A stretch of 64,000 nt of DNA. It comes from Candidatus Kaiserbacteria bacterium RIFOXYB1_FULL_46_14 (lineage in GTDB: Bacteria; Patescibacteriota; Minisyncoccia; Phycocordibacterales; UBA918). The DNA lies in the NCBI GenBank assembly GCA_001783525.1, contig MFMS01000004.1:28741-92740 (forward strand), given 5' to 3'. A model generated the notes under the pieces. The model was not told the DNA's origin. It did no database searches and worked only from the letters and a program-made list of their open reading frames with translations. This document shows, in pieces, positions 50,334 to 58,366 of this stretch; position 1 is the stretch's first letter, and every line of letters starts with the position of its first letter. The position numbers were made by a program, and so were the translations under genes.

Positions 50334-50684
50334 TTAAAACTTCAGACCGCCAGCGCGCGCTGCATCAGCCAAAGCGGCAATCGCTCCCTGATAGAGGAAG
50401 CCACCACGATCGAATACAATAGTCTCGATTCCTTGCTTCTTGGCTTCAGTGGCGATTTTCTCGCCGATTGCCTTAGCTCGCTCTAGTGGTACGCCTTTTT
50501 CTTTGCGAGTATCAGTGGCAAAGAGAGTGCGATTCGCACTATCGTCGATCAACTGAGCATACAGAGCGACATTGCTCTTGAATACCGCCAAGCGAGGCTT
50601 GATGGCTGTACCGATAACACGAGCACGGATGCGTCGATGGCGCATTGTGCGACGTTCGGTTTTGATTTGAGTTTTGGTTTTCAT
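50334..50684 (-). CDS. rplR: 50S ribosomal protein L18
   Basis: PRLAVFKSN, VFDRGGFLYQG, ARAGGLKF. Confidence 0.96.
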   Translation of the reverse strand: MKTKTQIKTERRTMRHRRIRARVIGTAIKPRLAVFKSNVALYAQLIDDSANRTLFATDTRKEKGVPLERAKAIGEKIATEAKKQGIETIVFDRGGFLYQGAIAALADAARAGGLKF

Positions 50685-50702
50685 ATTCTAATGATTACCG
50701 GC

Positions 50703-51230
50703 TTAAACCGCCTTCTTACCCTGCTTGCGAATAATATATTCGCCCTTATAACGAATACCCTTGCCCTTGTATGGCTCAGGCTTTTTGATCTTTCGGACAT
50801 TTGCGGCGAACTGGCCAACTATTTCCTTGTCAGTACCACTGATTGTAACTACGTTTTTCTCCACAGTTACAGTGATGCCTTCAGGAATTGGCAATTCAAC
50901 CGGGTGTGAGAAGCCCATCATAAGAGCAAGTTTAGTGCCCTTAAGCTCGGCTCGATAACCCACACCTTCGATCTCAAGAATCTTCTTGAAACCATCGGTC
51001 ACACCAGCGATCATATTGCGACAATGAGCGGCGTAAGTGCCCCAAAGCGCCGCCGCTCCTTCGTTCTCCGGAGAGAGAATGATGCTACCATCCTCTATTT
51101 TGACCGACACGATCGGCTTAATAGCACGCGATAGAACAGCGTTCCCTTTCTTTACGGTGAGGACACCGTCGGTGAAGACGGCTTCGACTCCCGTAGGTAA
51201 TTTAATTGGTTGTTTTGCTAGACGACTCAT
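50703..51230 (-). CDS. rplF: 50S ribosomal protein L6
   Basis: GVGYRA, GFSHPV, PEPYKGKGIRY. Confidence 0.97.
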   Translation of the reverse strand: MSRLAKQPIKLPTGVEAVFTDGVLTVKKGNAVLSRAIKPIVSVKIEDGSIILSPENEGAAALWGTYAAHCRNMIAGVTDGFKKILEIEGVGYRAELKGTKLALMMGFSHPVELPIPEGITVTVEKNVVTISGTDKEIVGQFAANVRKIKKPEPYKGKGIRYKGEYIIRKQGKKAV

Positions 51231-51236
51231 AAGCCT

Positions 51237-51623
51237 TTACCAAATCTTAAACAACTGCTCTCCGCCGACCTTGTTCTCGCGCGCTTCGCGATCGGTTAGG
51301 ATGCCCTTCGGCGTTGAAAGGATCAAATGACCCTTGCCGAATTTGACTGGATAAATTTCTTCGACCTTGGCATAGAGACGACGACCCGGCTTCGATACAC
51401 GAGCCACGTCGCTGATAACATGCTTACCTCCTTCGTATTTAAGACCAACAATGAGGTTTTGTTTAAAACCCTTGCCTTCTACTTCAACCGAAGAAACATA
51501 GCCAACCTCGTGTAGTTTGTTGGCAACTGCCTCTTTTAGGCGAGAGTGTGGCAAAGACACTGTTTCGTGTCCGACTGCGCCGGCGTTCTTAAGCCGGATG
51601 ATGAAATCTCCTATCGTATCCAT
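51237..51623 (-). CDS. rpsH: 30S ribosomal protein S8
   Basis: DTIGDFIIRLKNA, RVSKPGRRLY, STPKGILTD, GGE. Confidence 0.97.
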   Translation of the reverse strand: MDTIGDFIIRLKNAGAVGHETVSLPHSRLKEAVANKLHEVGYVSSVEVEGKGFKQNLIVGLKYEGGKHVISDVARVSKPGRRLYAKVEEIYPVKFGKGHLILSTPKGILTDREARENKVGGEQLFKIW

Positions 51624-51633
51624 AACTTAAGAA

Positions 51634-51819
51634 TTACCAGCTCGACTTTTTAACGCCAGGAATAAAGCCTTCGTGTGCATGCTCACGGAAACAAATACGG
51701 CAGAGATCGAAATCTCGCATAAAGCCGTGCTTACGTCCGCATTGCGCACAACGACGCACTACCCGACTCTTGTACTTTGGAGTACGCGTTGCGCGTACTT
51801 TTACTGATGTTCGAGCCAT
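51634..51819 (-). CDS. rpsN: 30S ribosomal protein S14, zinc-binding type Z
   Basis: RCAQCGR...LCRICFRE...PGVKKSSW. Confidence 0.96.
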   Translation of the reverse strand: MARTSVKVRATRTPKYKSRVVRRCAQCGRKHGFMRDFDLCRICFREHAHEGFIPGVKKSSW

Positions 51820-51876
51820 TTATCTGGTACAAAATTGCGAGCCTCAAAAACGGTGAAAAACACTTATTTTGAGGGT

Positions 51877-51912
51877 CGAGGCGGTATCAGCTAGATGTGC
51901 TGACCTACCTCG
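51877..51912 (-). promoter_or_regulatory. Candidate uS8-binding ribosomal leader hairpin
   Basis: CGAGGUAGGUCAGC-acaucua-GCUGAUACCGCCUCG mimics the 16S h21 S8 site. Confidence 0.7.
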
Positions 51913-51972
51913 CTAATAAATTTATGCAGGACCGCCTTTAGGGGCATCTATACAGTCCTTCACAACGTCGCC

Positions 51973-52000
51973 AAGATTACCAGAATTTGCGAGAAAGTCA
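51973..52000 (-). promoter_or_regulatory. Putative promoter of the rpsN-secY operon
   Basis: TTGACT-16nt-TAATCT with TG extension, just after the terminator at 52002-52038. Confidence 0.6.
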
Positions 52001-52040
52001 AAGAAAAAGGCGCAGGCCTTTGGCCCGCGCCTTTTTCTCG

Positions 52041-52167
52041 AAAACTTTCTAAATCAGATGCAATTGTGCCGGTTGGAGGAAATTTTGCGAGAGAGCCCTA
52101 GATTGAACTAAGGTGACCGAGCAAAATTTCCGAAACCGGTGCAAGTGCGCTGATTTTGAGAGTTTTA
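52041..52167. repeat. 127-bp fold-back element, copy 3
   Basis: AAAACTTTCTAAATCAG...CTGATTTTGAGAGTTTTA; overlaps the TAA of the SIMPL gene. Confidence 0.75.
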
Positions 52168-52959
52168 CTGTATTTCGTAAGTAATGTTGACGATAGTCTT
52201 GATAGTATTTTCTCCTGTTGGAAGCTCCGGTGAAACGGCCTTTACCTCACTAGACATCATGGCATCGCCGCCCATACCATAATATGGAGACGAGTTATTT
52301 TCTTCCTCATAGTAACCCATCATTCGGACGATCTTGACGCCAAGACTATCTGCTAGCTTGTTAGCCTTCTCCTTTGCATCGGCAATAGCGGCTTCGCGTG
52401 CTTCTGCCTTCAGATTAGACTCGTCGTCGATAGTGAACTGAAGCTGGCTCAAATTGGTAGCGCCACGCTCACCAGCGCCGGTAATAAGATCACCGGCCTT
52501 GTCTAGGTCTCGTACTTTCACCTCGACTGTCTGTGTCACCTCATAACCATCGATGACCTGGTTGCCCGGAGGACAGTACATACCCATCGCACAATCGACT
52601 GCCTCATAGCGGTACTTAGGGTTAAGGAAATAGTCACGGTTCTTGATATCCTTTTCCTCTACTCCTGATTCTTTAAGAAAAGTGAGGATCGAGTTGATCT
52701 TTTCCGCGGAATCCTTTTGCGCAGTTGCGGCGTCAGCACCTTCGGCTGTTACCGAAAATGAAAATGATCCAATATCAGGCTTGGCATTCACTTCTCCCTC
52801 GCCACGTACGTTGATAGAAGTCATTCCGTACTGACCGTACTTTGCCTCACGAAGAGTGAGTTTGGTGTAGGCAGAGAGCGACATAACAACGCCGATCATT
52901 GCAATGATCAGAAGTACACGCACATACCAAAGTGATAAAAATGGTTGATTCGTATCCAT
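52165..52959 (-). CDS. SIMPL (DUF541) domain protein
   Basis: INVRGEGEVNAKPD, AREAAIADAKEKA, PTGE. Confidence 0.92.
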   Translation of the reverse strand: MDTNQPFLSLWYVRVLLIIAMIGVVMSLSAYTKLTLREAKYGQYGMTSINVRGEGEVNAKPDIGSFSFSVTAEGADAATAQKDSAEKINSILTFLKESGVEEKDIKNRDYFLNPKYRYEAVDCAMGMYCPPGNQVIDGYEVTQTVEVKVRDLDKAGDLITGAGERGATNLSQLQFTIDDESNLKAEAREAAIADAKEKANKLADSLGVKIVRMMGYYEEENNSSPYYGMGGDAMMSSEVKAVSPELPTGENTIKTIVNITYEIQ

Positions 52960-52975
52960 ATCTATTAGTGATCTA

Positions 52976-53923
52976 TTAATTAATAAGACTATTGTACAGC
53001 ATCCGTGGCACTACCATCAAACGACCGAATATGCCTTGTTCACAGGCATTTTTGAAACCAGCACGATCCTCATCTGTCAGAGCTGGTGGGTCTGTCTGAC
53101 CTCCCATTAGGTAATACATAACGGAAGAAGGGTTCTCTACATGATCGATAGCCAAGGAATGACCCAACTCGTGCGCTAGCACCAGCACCAACTCGCGATG
53201 ATCAGTAAATGTATAAACGTTTATCTGACGAGAACGATAGTCACCCTGTGTGTACTCTTCATCATCAGCAAAAGTGTCGTTAAATTGATACACCCTCGTG
53301 TTGTACACATCAATCAAGGCATTCCCCTTCTCTCCAATTTCATTTACACGCACTGACAAACCGTTGAGTTCCTCACTCAACTTATTTATTTCAAGGCGCT
53401 CAGCGTCGAGTTCATTGCGAGTCTTTTCTAGAGACTCGTAAACATCGGGTGGCGCACCACCATCTTTGTTGTAACGTTCCACCTCGGCGTTGTAGGCACT
53501 CAGTCTATTTTCATAAGCAACTCGTCTCTCTTCATAAACAATCTCATGAGAGCGATACTCAGCGACCAACTGCCGATGGAGTTCCACTAGCACCGTATTG
53601 GCTTCGCCACGGGTTTCCAAGTCGTCCTTGGCCCGTTCAGTCGCTTCGGCCTGACGCTGTCGCTCATCATAAATAAAGTTTATTTGGAGTTTGGAGTCTT
53701 CCTCGTAAACAAACAAATCATCGCGACCGATCGCACTCTCCCAGATCGCCTCCGCCTCCGTAAGGGCAAGGCGAGCCTCACTCTCACTGATACCAAAACG
53801 TTCATCAAACTGCCCTATTGTATAAGAGACGGGCATACGGCAAGCAAGGCCGCGTGAACCAAACCACCAATTACCCGCAAAGAGAAGCGAGATGATAAGT
53901 AAGGCCATGTAAATACCGCGCAT
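52976..53923 (-). CDS. Matrixin-like (M10) zinc metalloprotease with coiled-coil insert
   Basis: HELGHSLAIDH, Met-turn SVMY; start set at the ATG 6 nt after TATAAT. Confidence 0.88.
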   Translation of the reverse strand: MRGIYMALLIISLLFAGNWWFGSRGLACRMPVSYTIGQFDERFGISESEARLALTEAEAIWESAIGRDDLFVYEEDSKLQINFIYDERQRQAEATERAKDDLETRGEANTVLVELHRQLVAEYRSHEIVYEERRVAYENRLSAYNAEVERYNKDGGAPPDVYESLEKTRNELDAERLEINKLSEELNGLSVRVNEIGEKGNALIDVYNTRVYQFNDTFADDEEYTQGDYRSRQINVYTFTDHRELVLVLAHELGHSLAIDHVENPSSVMYYLMGGQTDPPALTDEDRAGFKNACEQGIFGRLMVVPRMLYNSLIN

Positions 53924-53993
53924 CGAAAAATTATACATTAGTTCGTCAAACGAACGGCCGGCCCCGAAGGGGCCGGCCGTTTCAGAATTGTAA

Positions 53994-54614
53994 CTAACAA
54001 CCCAGATCACCCTCGATACACGGATTTGGTATAGCTCCCCCTTTTGGCGCACCCGGTTCTTTGCCACTAGTGACGTAATCTTGGAAGGTTGTGGTGTTCC
54101 ACTCATGTTCATGATTCCAAGAATTCCAGTCGTGTCGCCATTCGTACCAGCCGATATTGAGATGCTTTACGAACACATCATGCGAAGCCAACATCTCCCC
54201 CACCTTACGGCCAGTCATACAAGGCGTACTGTAACAATAGACAATCAAATCACGATCTCCATACTGCACTTTGAGTTCACGAAATGCGCCAACGATTCGC
54301 TCGATGTCTCCATAGGCCGAGGTGTACTTATCCTTATAGGCAGGAATATTTACTGCACCAACAATGTGTTCCTTTTCGTATTCTTCGGCCGAACGCAGGT
54401 CAACTAAGATGAAACTCTGGTCCCCCTTGTCCATTTTGCCGCGCAAACCGTGCGGGCTAACATGTACTGCGTTTTCGACGCGATAATATTCGGCGATCAA
54501 TTCCTCAGTCGTCGATGAGGTCTTAAGGAATTGCTGTCCAACATAGAATCCCAACGCACCTAGAATTAGACCCAACAAAAGCGCTCCCGCCCATTTATCT
54601 CTAAACATATACAT
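53994..54614 (-). CDS. Membrane-anchored rhodanese-like protein
   Basis: LVDLRSAEEYEKEHIVGAVNIP, VYCYSTPC. Confidence 0.88.
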   Translation of the reverse strand: MYMFRDKWAGALLLGLILGALGFYVGQQFLKTSSTTEELIAEYYRVENAVHVSPHGLRGKMDKGDQSFILVDLRSAEEYEKEHIVGAVNIPAYKDKYTSAYGDIERIVGAFRELKVQYGDRDLIVYCYSTPCMTGRKVGEMLASHDVFVKHLNIGWYEWRHDWNSWNHEHEWNTTTFQDYVTSGKEPGAPKGGAIPNPCIEGDLGC

Positions 54615-54622
54615 ATTAACGA

Positions 54623-55009
54623 TTAGGCCAATTGCTTACCGGCATTTTTCGGAGCCAGATCGTAAAGTTTCTCTGGCGTGAAGACTAACACTCCGCACAA
54701 CTGTCGATCTGGGTGTTCTTCCTTCAGTTTATCGGCATGATGTCCAAAGCGGTCGCCTTCACTTTCATAGACAATAGTCCCTTTGACCTGAACTCCGTCA
54801 AAGCCTTTCCAAAAAGCCAAAGCGACTCGCGGATCTTGCCTGACATTGTTTCTGGTCTTATCCATAAAGCAGTCACAAATCACGATATGTTCCTCATCGA
54901 CAGTAACCATCGATAAAGGGATCACGTTCACCCCATCGTCGCCGTAAGTAGCGAGGACTTTATGATCAGAACCTCTAATGAATTCCACAATTTCGGCTGA
55001 CAGTTTCAT
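54623..55009 (-). CDS. Pyridoxamine 5'-phosphate oxidase-like FMN-binding protein
   Basis: VLAT...NVIP, FMDKTRNNVRQDPRV, GVQVKG. Confidence 0.85.
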   Translation of the reverse strand: MKLSAEIVEFIRGSDHKVLATYGDDGVNVIPLSMVTVDEEHIVICDCFMDKTRNNVRQDPRVALAFWKGFDGVQVKGTIVYESEGDRFGHHADKLKEEHPDRQLCGVLVFTPEKLYDLAPKNAGKQLA

Positions 55010-55020
55010 ACGCTGTGTTA

Positions 55021-55044
55021 ATATATTGATGAATATCTATATAA
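55021..55044. promoter_or_regulatory. Candidate ArsR/SmtB operator
   Basis: Imperfect IR ATATATTGAT-gaat-ATCTATATAA in the divergent promoter. Confidence 0.5.
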
Positions 55045-55066
55045 TATATCGCATCGATAACCTTTT

Positions 55067-55387
55067 ATGCAACAAAAAACGGTAGGGACTCATAAGCGAC
55101 CAAAGTGGGTCAAAAGCGGTGAAGAGGAGCTCTGCCCTGAGTGTTTTAAGGCAGTTGGTGATAAAAACCGCTATAAGTTGATCTGTCTCTTAGGAAGTTC
55201 CACTGAAGGAATGAACGTCGGGGCGATGACAAAAAAACTCAAACTAACCCAGCCGACCGTAACACACCACCTAAACATCCTGCGTGAGGTGAACGCCGTT
55301 AATAGAGAAGAGCGTGGCCGCGAGCGTATTTATCGACTAAACCGCTCTGCTCACTGCTTCGAAGACTGCCAGATCCCTTATAATTAA
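55067..55387 (+). CDS. ArsR/SmtB family transcriptional regulator
   Basis: FKAVGDKNRYKLI, LTQPTVTHHLNILRE, GRERIYRL. Confidence 0.92.
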   Translation: MQQKTVGTHKRPKWVKSGEEELCPECFKAVGDKNRYKLICLLGSSTEGMNVGAMTKKLKLTQPTVTHHLNILREVNAVNREERGRERIYRLNRSAHCFEDCQIPYN

Positions 55388-55398
55388 AACTTAAATTT

Positions 55399-55920
55399 AT
55401 GGACGCCCTACAAACCATTCTAAACAGGCACAGCGTGAGAGACTGGTCGGACAAAGATGTCCCTGCTGATATCCTGTCTCAAATCCTCGAAGCAGGAAGA
55501 CGCTCTCCTAGTCCTCTCAATTCGCAACCTTGGCATTTTATAGTTGTACAAAATCAAGACACCATAGAAAAGCTGATGGGGTACGCGAAACATGGTTCAT
55601 TTCTCTCTCGAGCCGCCGCCGTGATTGTGGTTACAATAGAAAAACCTGTTGAGATCGACAAGTGGTTAGATGAGCATGAACAATATCTTTTCAGTGGTGC
55701 CGCGGCCTTGTATAACATGTGGCTAGCTTCGTCGGCGCTCGGACTAGGGTCATGCTGGGTGACTATGGATGAACAAAAGACCGAGGAAATATTATCCATT
55801 CCATCAAGTCAAAAGATAATCGGGAGCCTAGCAACAGGATACCCAAAGACGGACGTTCTCCACATTGCACCAAAGAAGACCCTGGAGGAGGTAGTATCTT
55901 ATGAAAAATACGGACACTAA
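55399..55920 (+). CDS. Nitroreductase family protein
   Basis: RHSVR, SPSPLNSQPWHFIVV, LGLGSCWV. Confidence 0.93.
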   Translation: MDALQTILNRHSVRDWSDKDVPADILSQILEAGRRSPSPLNSQPWHFIVVQNQDTIEKLMGYAKHGSFLSRAAAVIVVTIEKPVEIDKWLDEHEQYLFSGAAALYNMWLASSALGLGSCWVTMDEQKTEEILSIPSSQKIIGSLATGYPKTDVLHIAPKKTLEEVVSYEKYGH

Positions 55921-55927
55921 TTAACTT

Positions 55928-56890
55928 ATGAAGATTTTTGTAACAAGACAGATTCCAGAAGTTGGGCTTTTGAAGCTTAAAGATGTTGGTCACGAAGTTG
56001 TTATTGCTGGAGGCGAAGTACTCCCTCACGAAGTCCTCATCGAGAGACTAAAGGCAGAAAATCCTGACGCCGTACTTAGTCTTTTGACCGACAAAATTGA
56101 TCAGACGGTTTTTGACGCGGCACCAAACGCTAAAATTTTTGCAAATTACGCAGTGGGCTTTGACAACATTGACCTAGAAGCGGCCAAGCAACACGGCGTT
56201 GTTATAACCAACACCCCAGAAGTTTTGACTGAGGCGGTGGCAGAACACACCGTTGCTCTTATCATCTCGCTAGCAAGACGAATTGTGGAAGCTGATCAAT
56301 TTTTGCGTGACGGGAAGTACGAAGCTTGGGGTCCACTGCTTCTCCTTGGTATGGAATTAAAGGGTAAGACTCTTGGAATTATCGGTGGCGGCCGGATCGG
56401 AAGACGAGTGGCCGAGATAATGCAGAAGGGATTTGGAATGGAGATCGTCTATCACGATCGGAAGAATAACGAGGCCTTCGACAATGAACTTAACGCCAAG
56501 TACGCGCCCGAACTTGATGACCTACTTTCTCAATCAGACGTAATAAGTATTCATTTGCCACTTACCCCAGACACGCAACACTTATTTAACCAGGAACTTT
56601 TGGCGAAGGTGAAGCCCGGGTCTTTACTCATCAATACCGCGCGGGGCAAAATCATCGATGAGGAAGCCCTTGCAGGCGCTCTCCAGTCCGGACTCCTTTC
56701 TGGCGCGGCACTAGACGTGTTTGAGAACGAGCCAACGGTAAACTCCAAGCTTTTGGCTCTAGACAACGTGATTGTGACACCACACATTGCTTCAGCGACC
56801 CGCGAGGCCCGTGATCAAATGAGTGTCGTGGCCGCCGATAATATCCTAGCGGTATTAAACGGGGAGCCGCCGAAGAATCCCGTAGTGTGA
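55928..56890 (+). CDS. D-2-hydroxyacid dehydrogenase (glyoxylate reductase/D-glycerate dehydrogenase)
   Basis: AVGFDNID, GGGRIG, INTARG, DVFENEP, PHIAS. Confidence 0.93.
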   Translation: MKIFVTRQIPEVGLLKLKDVGHEVVIAGGEVLPHEVLIERLKAENPDAVLSLLTDKIDQTVFDAAPNAKIFANYAVGFDNIDLEAAKQHGVVITNTPEVLTEAVAEHTVALIISLARRIVEADQFLRDGKYEAWGPLLLLGMELKGKTLGIIGGGRIGRRVAEIMQKGFGMEIVYHDRKNNEAFDNELNAKYAPELDDLLSQSDVISIHLPLTPDTQHLFNQELLAKVKPGSLLINTARGKIIDEEALAGALQSGLLSGAALDVFENEPTVNSKLLALDNVIVTPHIASATREARDQMSVVAADNILAVLNGEPPKNPVV

Positions 56891-56902
56891 TAGATTATCG
56901 CT

Positions 56903-57427
56903 ATGAAGGATCTATCACCAATTGAGAAGCGCGCGCGTTCGATTACTGATTGGGTCGGATCGCCTGTCTCTGTCCTCGTGCACACCATCGTGTTTGCGGC
57001 CGCATTTTTACTATCTGCCTTTGGCATTTTGCCACTTGACCGGATGTTGCTGGTTTTGACTACCATCGTTTCTTTAGAAGCGATCTATCTCGCTATCTTC
57101 ATTCAAATGAGTGTGAATTTCCAGCGAGAAGCGATCGCAGAAGTGGAACAGGATCTAGAAGAGATTCAGGAGGATGTCGGGGAGATTCAAGAAGACATTG
57201 AGGATATTCAGGAAGACGTGGAGGAGATTGGTGAAGACGTCGGAGAATTGCAGGAAGATCTTGGAGAAATCCAAGAAGATGTGGAAGAGATCGGAGAGGA
57301 TCTGGAAGAGTCTGAAGCGGAAGAAGCCGCTGAAGAGAGGCATAAAAATGAACAAAAAGAAACGCTGCAAAACATTTACAACGCTCTCCAGCAACTAACT
57401 AACGACATCGAAAAACTGAAGAAGTAG
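56903..57427 (+). CDS. DUF1003-like membrane protein with acidic heptad repeats
   Basis: LTTIVSLEAIYLAIFIQM; (E/G)EIQEDV repeats. Confidence 0.85.
   Translation: MKDLSPIEKRARSITDWVGSPVSVLVHTIVFAAAFLLSAFGILPLDRMLLVLTTIVSLEAIYLAIFIQMSVNFQREAIAEVEQDLEEIQEDVGEIQEDIEDIQEDVEEIGEDVGELQEDLGEIQEDVEEIGEDLEESEAEEAAEERHKNEQKETLQNIYNALQQLTNDIEKLKK
57158..57304 (+). repeat. Seven degenerate 21-bp coding repeats
   Basis: GAAGAGATTCAGGAGGATGTC-like units. Confidence 0.8.
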
Positions 57428-57435
57428 GCAAAAAA

Positions 57436-57472
57436 ACAAAAAGCGGCGGGCCTTTGGCCCGCCGCTTTTTGT
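57436..57472. terminator. Bidirectional terminator
   Basis: AAAAAGCGGCGGGCC-ttt-GGCCCGCCGCTTTTT. Confidence 0.85.
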
Positions 57473-57480
57473 TACATAAT

Positions 57481-58212
57481 TTAAAACTCAATCGTCAGTG
57501 CTTTATGATCAGAAGCGATGTCGTCCAAAACCTGAAAATTTTTTACTTCGATATCTGGACTGGTGAAGATGTAGTCACACGCTTCAGTTTTGTGGGTTAG
57601 TGGAGTGCGAGTGGTCAAAACACCTCTCTCTTTCACATGGTTAACTAACACTTCATTAATCAGTCCGATAGAGGGACTATCTGGCACCAAGTTGAAGTCT
57701 CCACAAAGTACGACACTACCTTCTAACTTTTTTACATAATCAGCGATCATGCCGCACTGGCGCAAGGTCTCATCATCGCCGTTTTTGTGCGAAGGTAGAT
57801 GATAACCATGATGATTCAAGATATTAAGCGGGCCACTCTCTGTATCTACCACAGCGTGTTGTAAGGCGCGACCAGTGTTGTAGTCTGTCTCCTCCAGGTA
57901 ATCGAAATCAACCGTTGCTTCTTTGTAAGTATAGAGATCATTTGTCTCAACGAACGGAAAACGACTAACGATGGCGTTGCCCCACCCTGCCGTGCGATTC
58001 ATTAATTTGAAGTTGTGAGAAGCAGTATGATACGCATAGTTGTAACCAGCATCCTTCTGTAACTCTTCGAGATCCTCAAAGAAAAAGGTCGATCCACCAG
58101 GTACAGACACCACCTCCTGCAAGCACACAATGTCTGCCTGTTCACGCTCCAGTAAGCTAATTATTTGTTTATCTAGCTTACCTCCCCAAATATTGAGTTG
58201 CAGAATTTTCAT
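57481..58212 (-). CDS. Endonuclease/exonuclease/phosphatase family protein
   Basis: LNIW, LQEV, GDFN, DYIF, SDH. Confidence 0.92.
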   Translation of the reverse strand: MKILQLNIWGGKLDKQIISLLEREQADIVCLQEVVSVPGGSTFFFEDLEELQKDAGYNYAYHTASHNFKLMNRTAGWGNAIVSRFPFVETNDLYTYKEATVDFDYLEETDYNTGRALQHAVVDTESGPLNILNHHGYHLPSHKNGDDETLRQCGMIADYVKKLEGSVVLCGDFNLVPDSPSIGLINEVLVNHVKERGVLTTRTPLTHKTEACDYIFTSPDIEVKNFQVLDDIASDHKALTIEF

Positions 58213-58240
58213 AACGGTATGTTTTATTTTGCGCGCCCCT

Positions 58241-58366
58241 TAAAAACTTACAAAATGAGATGGAGTTGCGTTCGCTGGAGGGAAGACTGCGCCGGAACCG
58301 TATATGGACATACGGTGACAAGTAGTCAGACCGAAGCGTATGCAAATCCGCTCATTTTGCGCTTTA
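58241..58366. repeat. ~126-bp fold-back element, copy 4 (IR may extend to 58380, inside nrdA)
   Basis: Shares AAATGAGATG.AGTTGCGTT.GCTGGAGG with copy 2 and CCGTATATGGACATAC with copy 1. Confidence 0.8.

Noticed and set aside
53924-54112. Long N-terminal extension of the metalloprotease
   Set aside because: It overlaps the rhodanese gene and a terminator; ATG 53923 gives a signal-like N-terminus.
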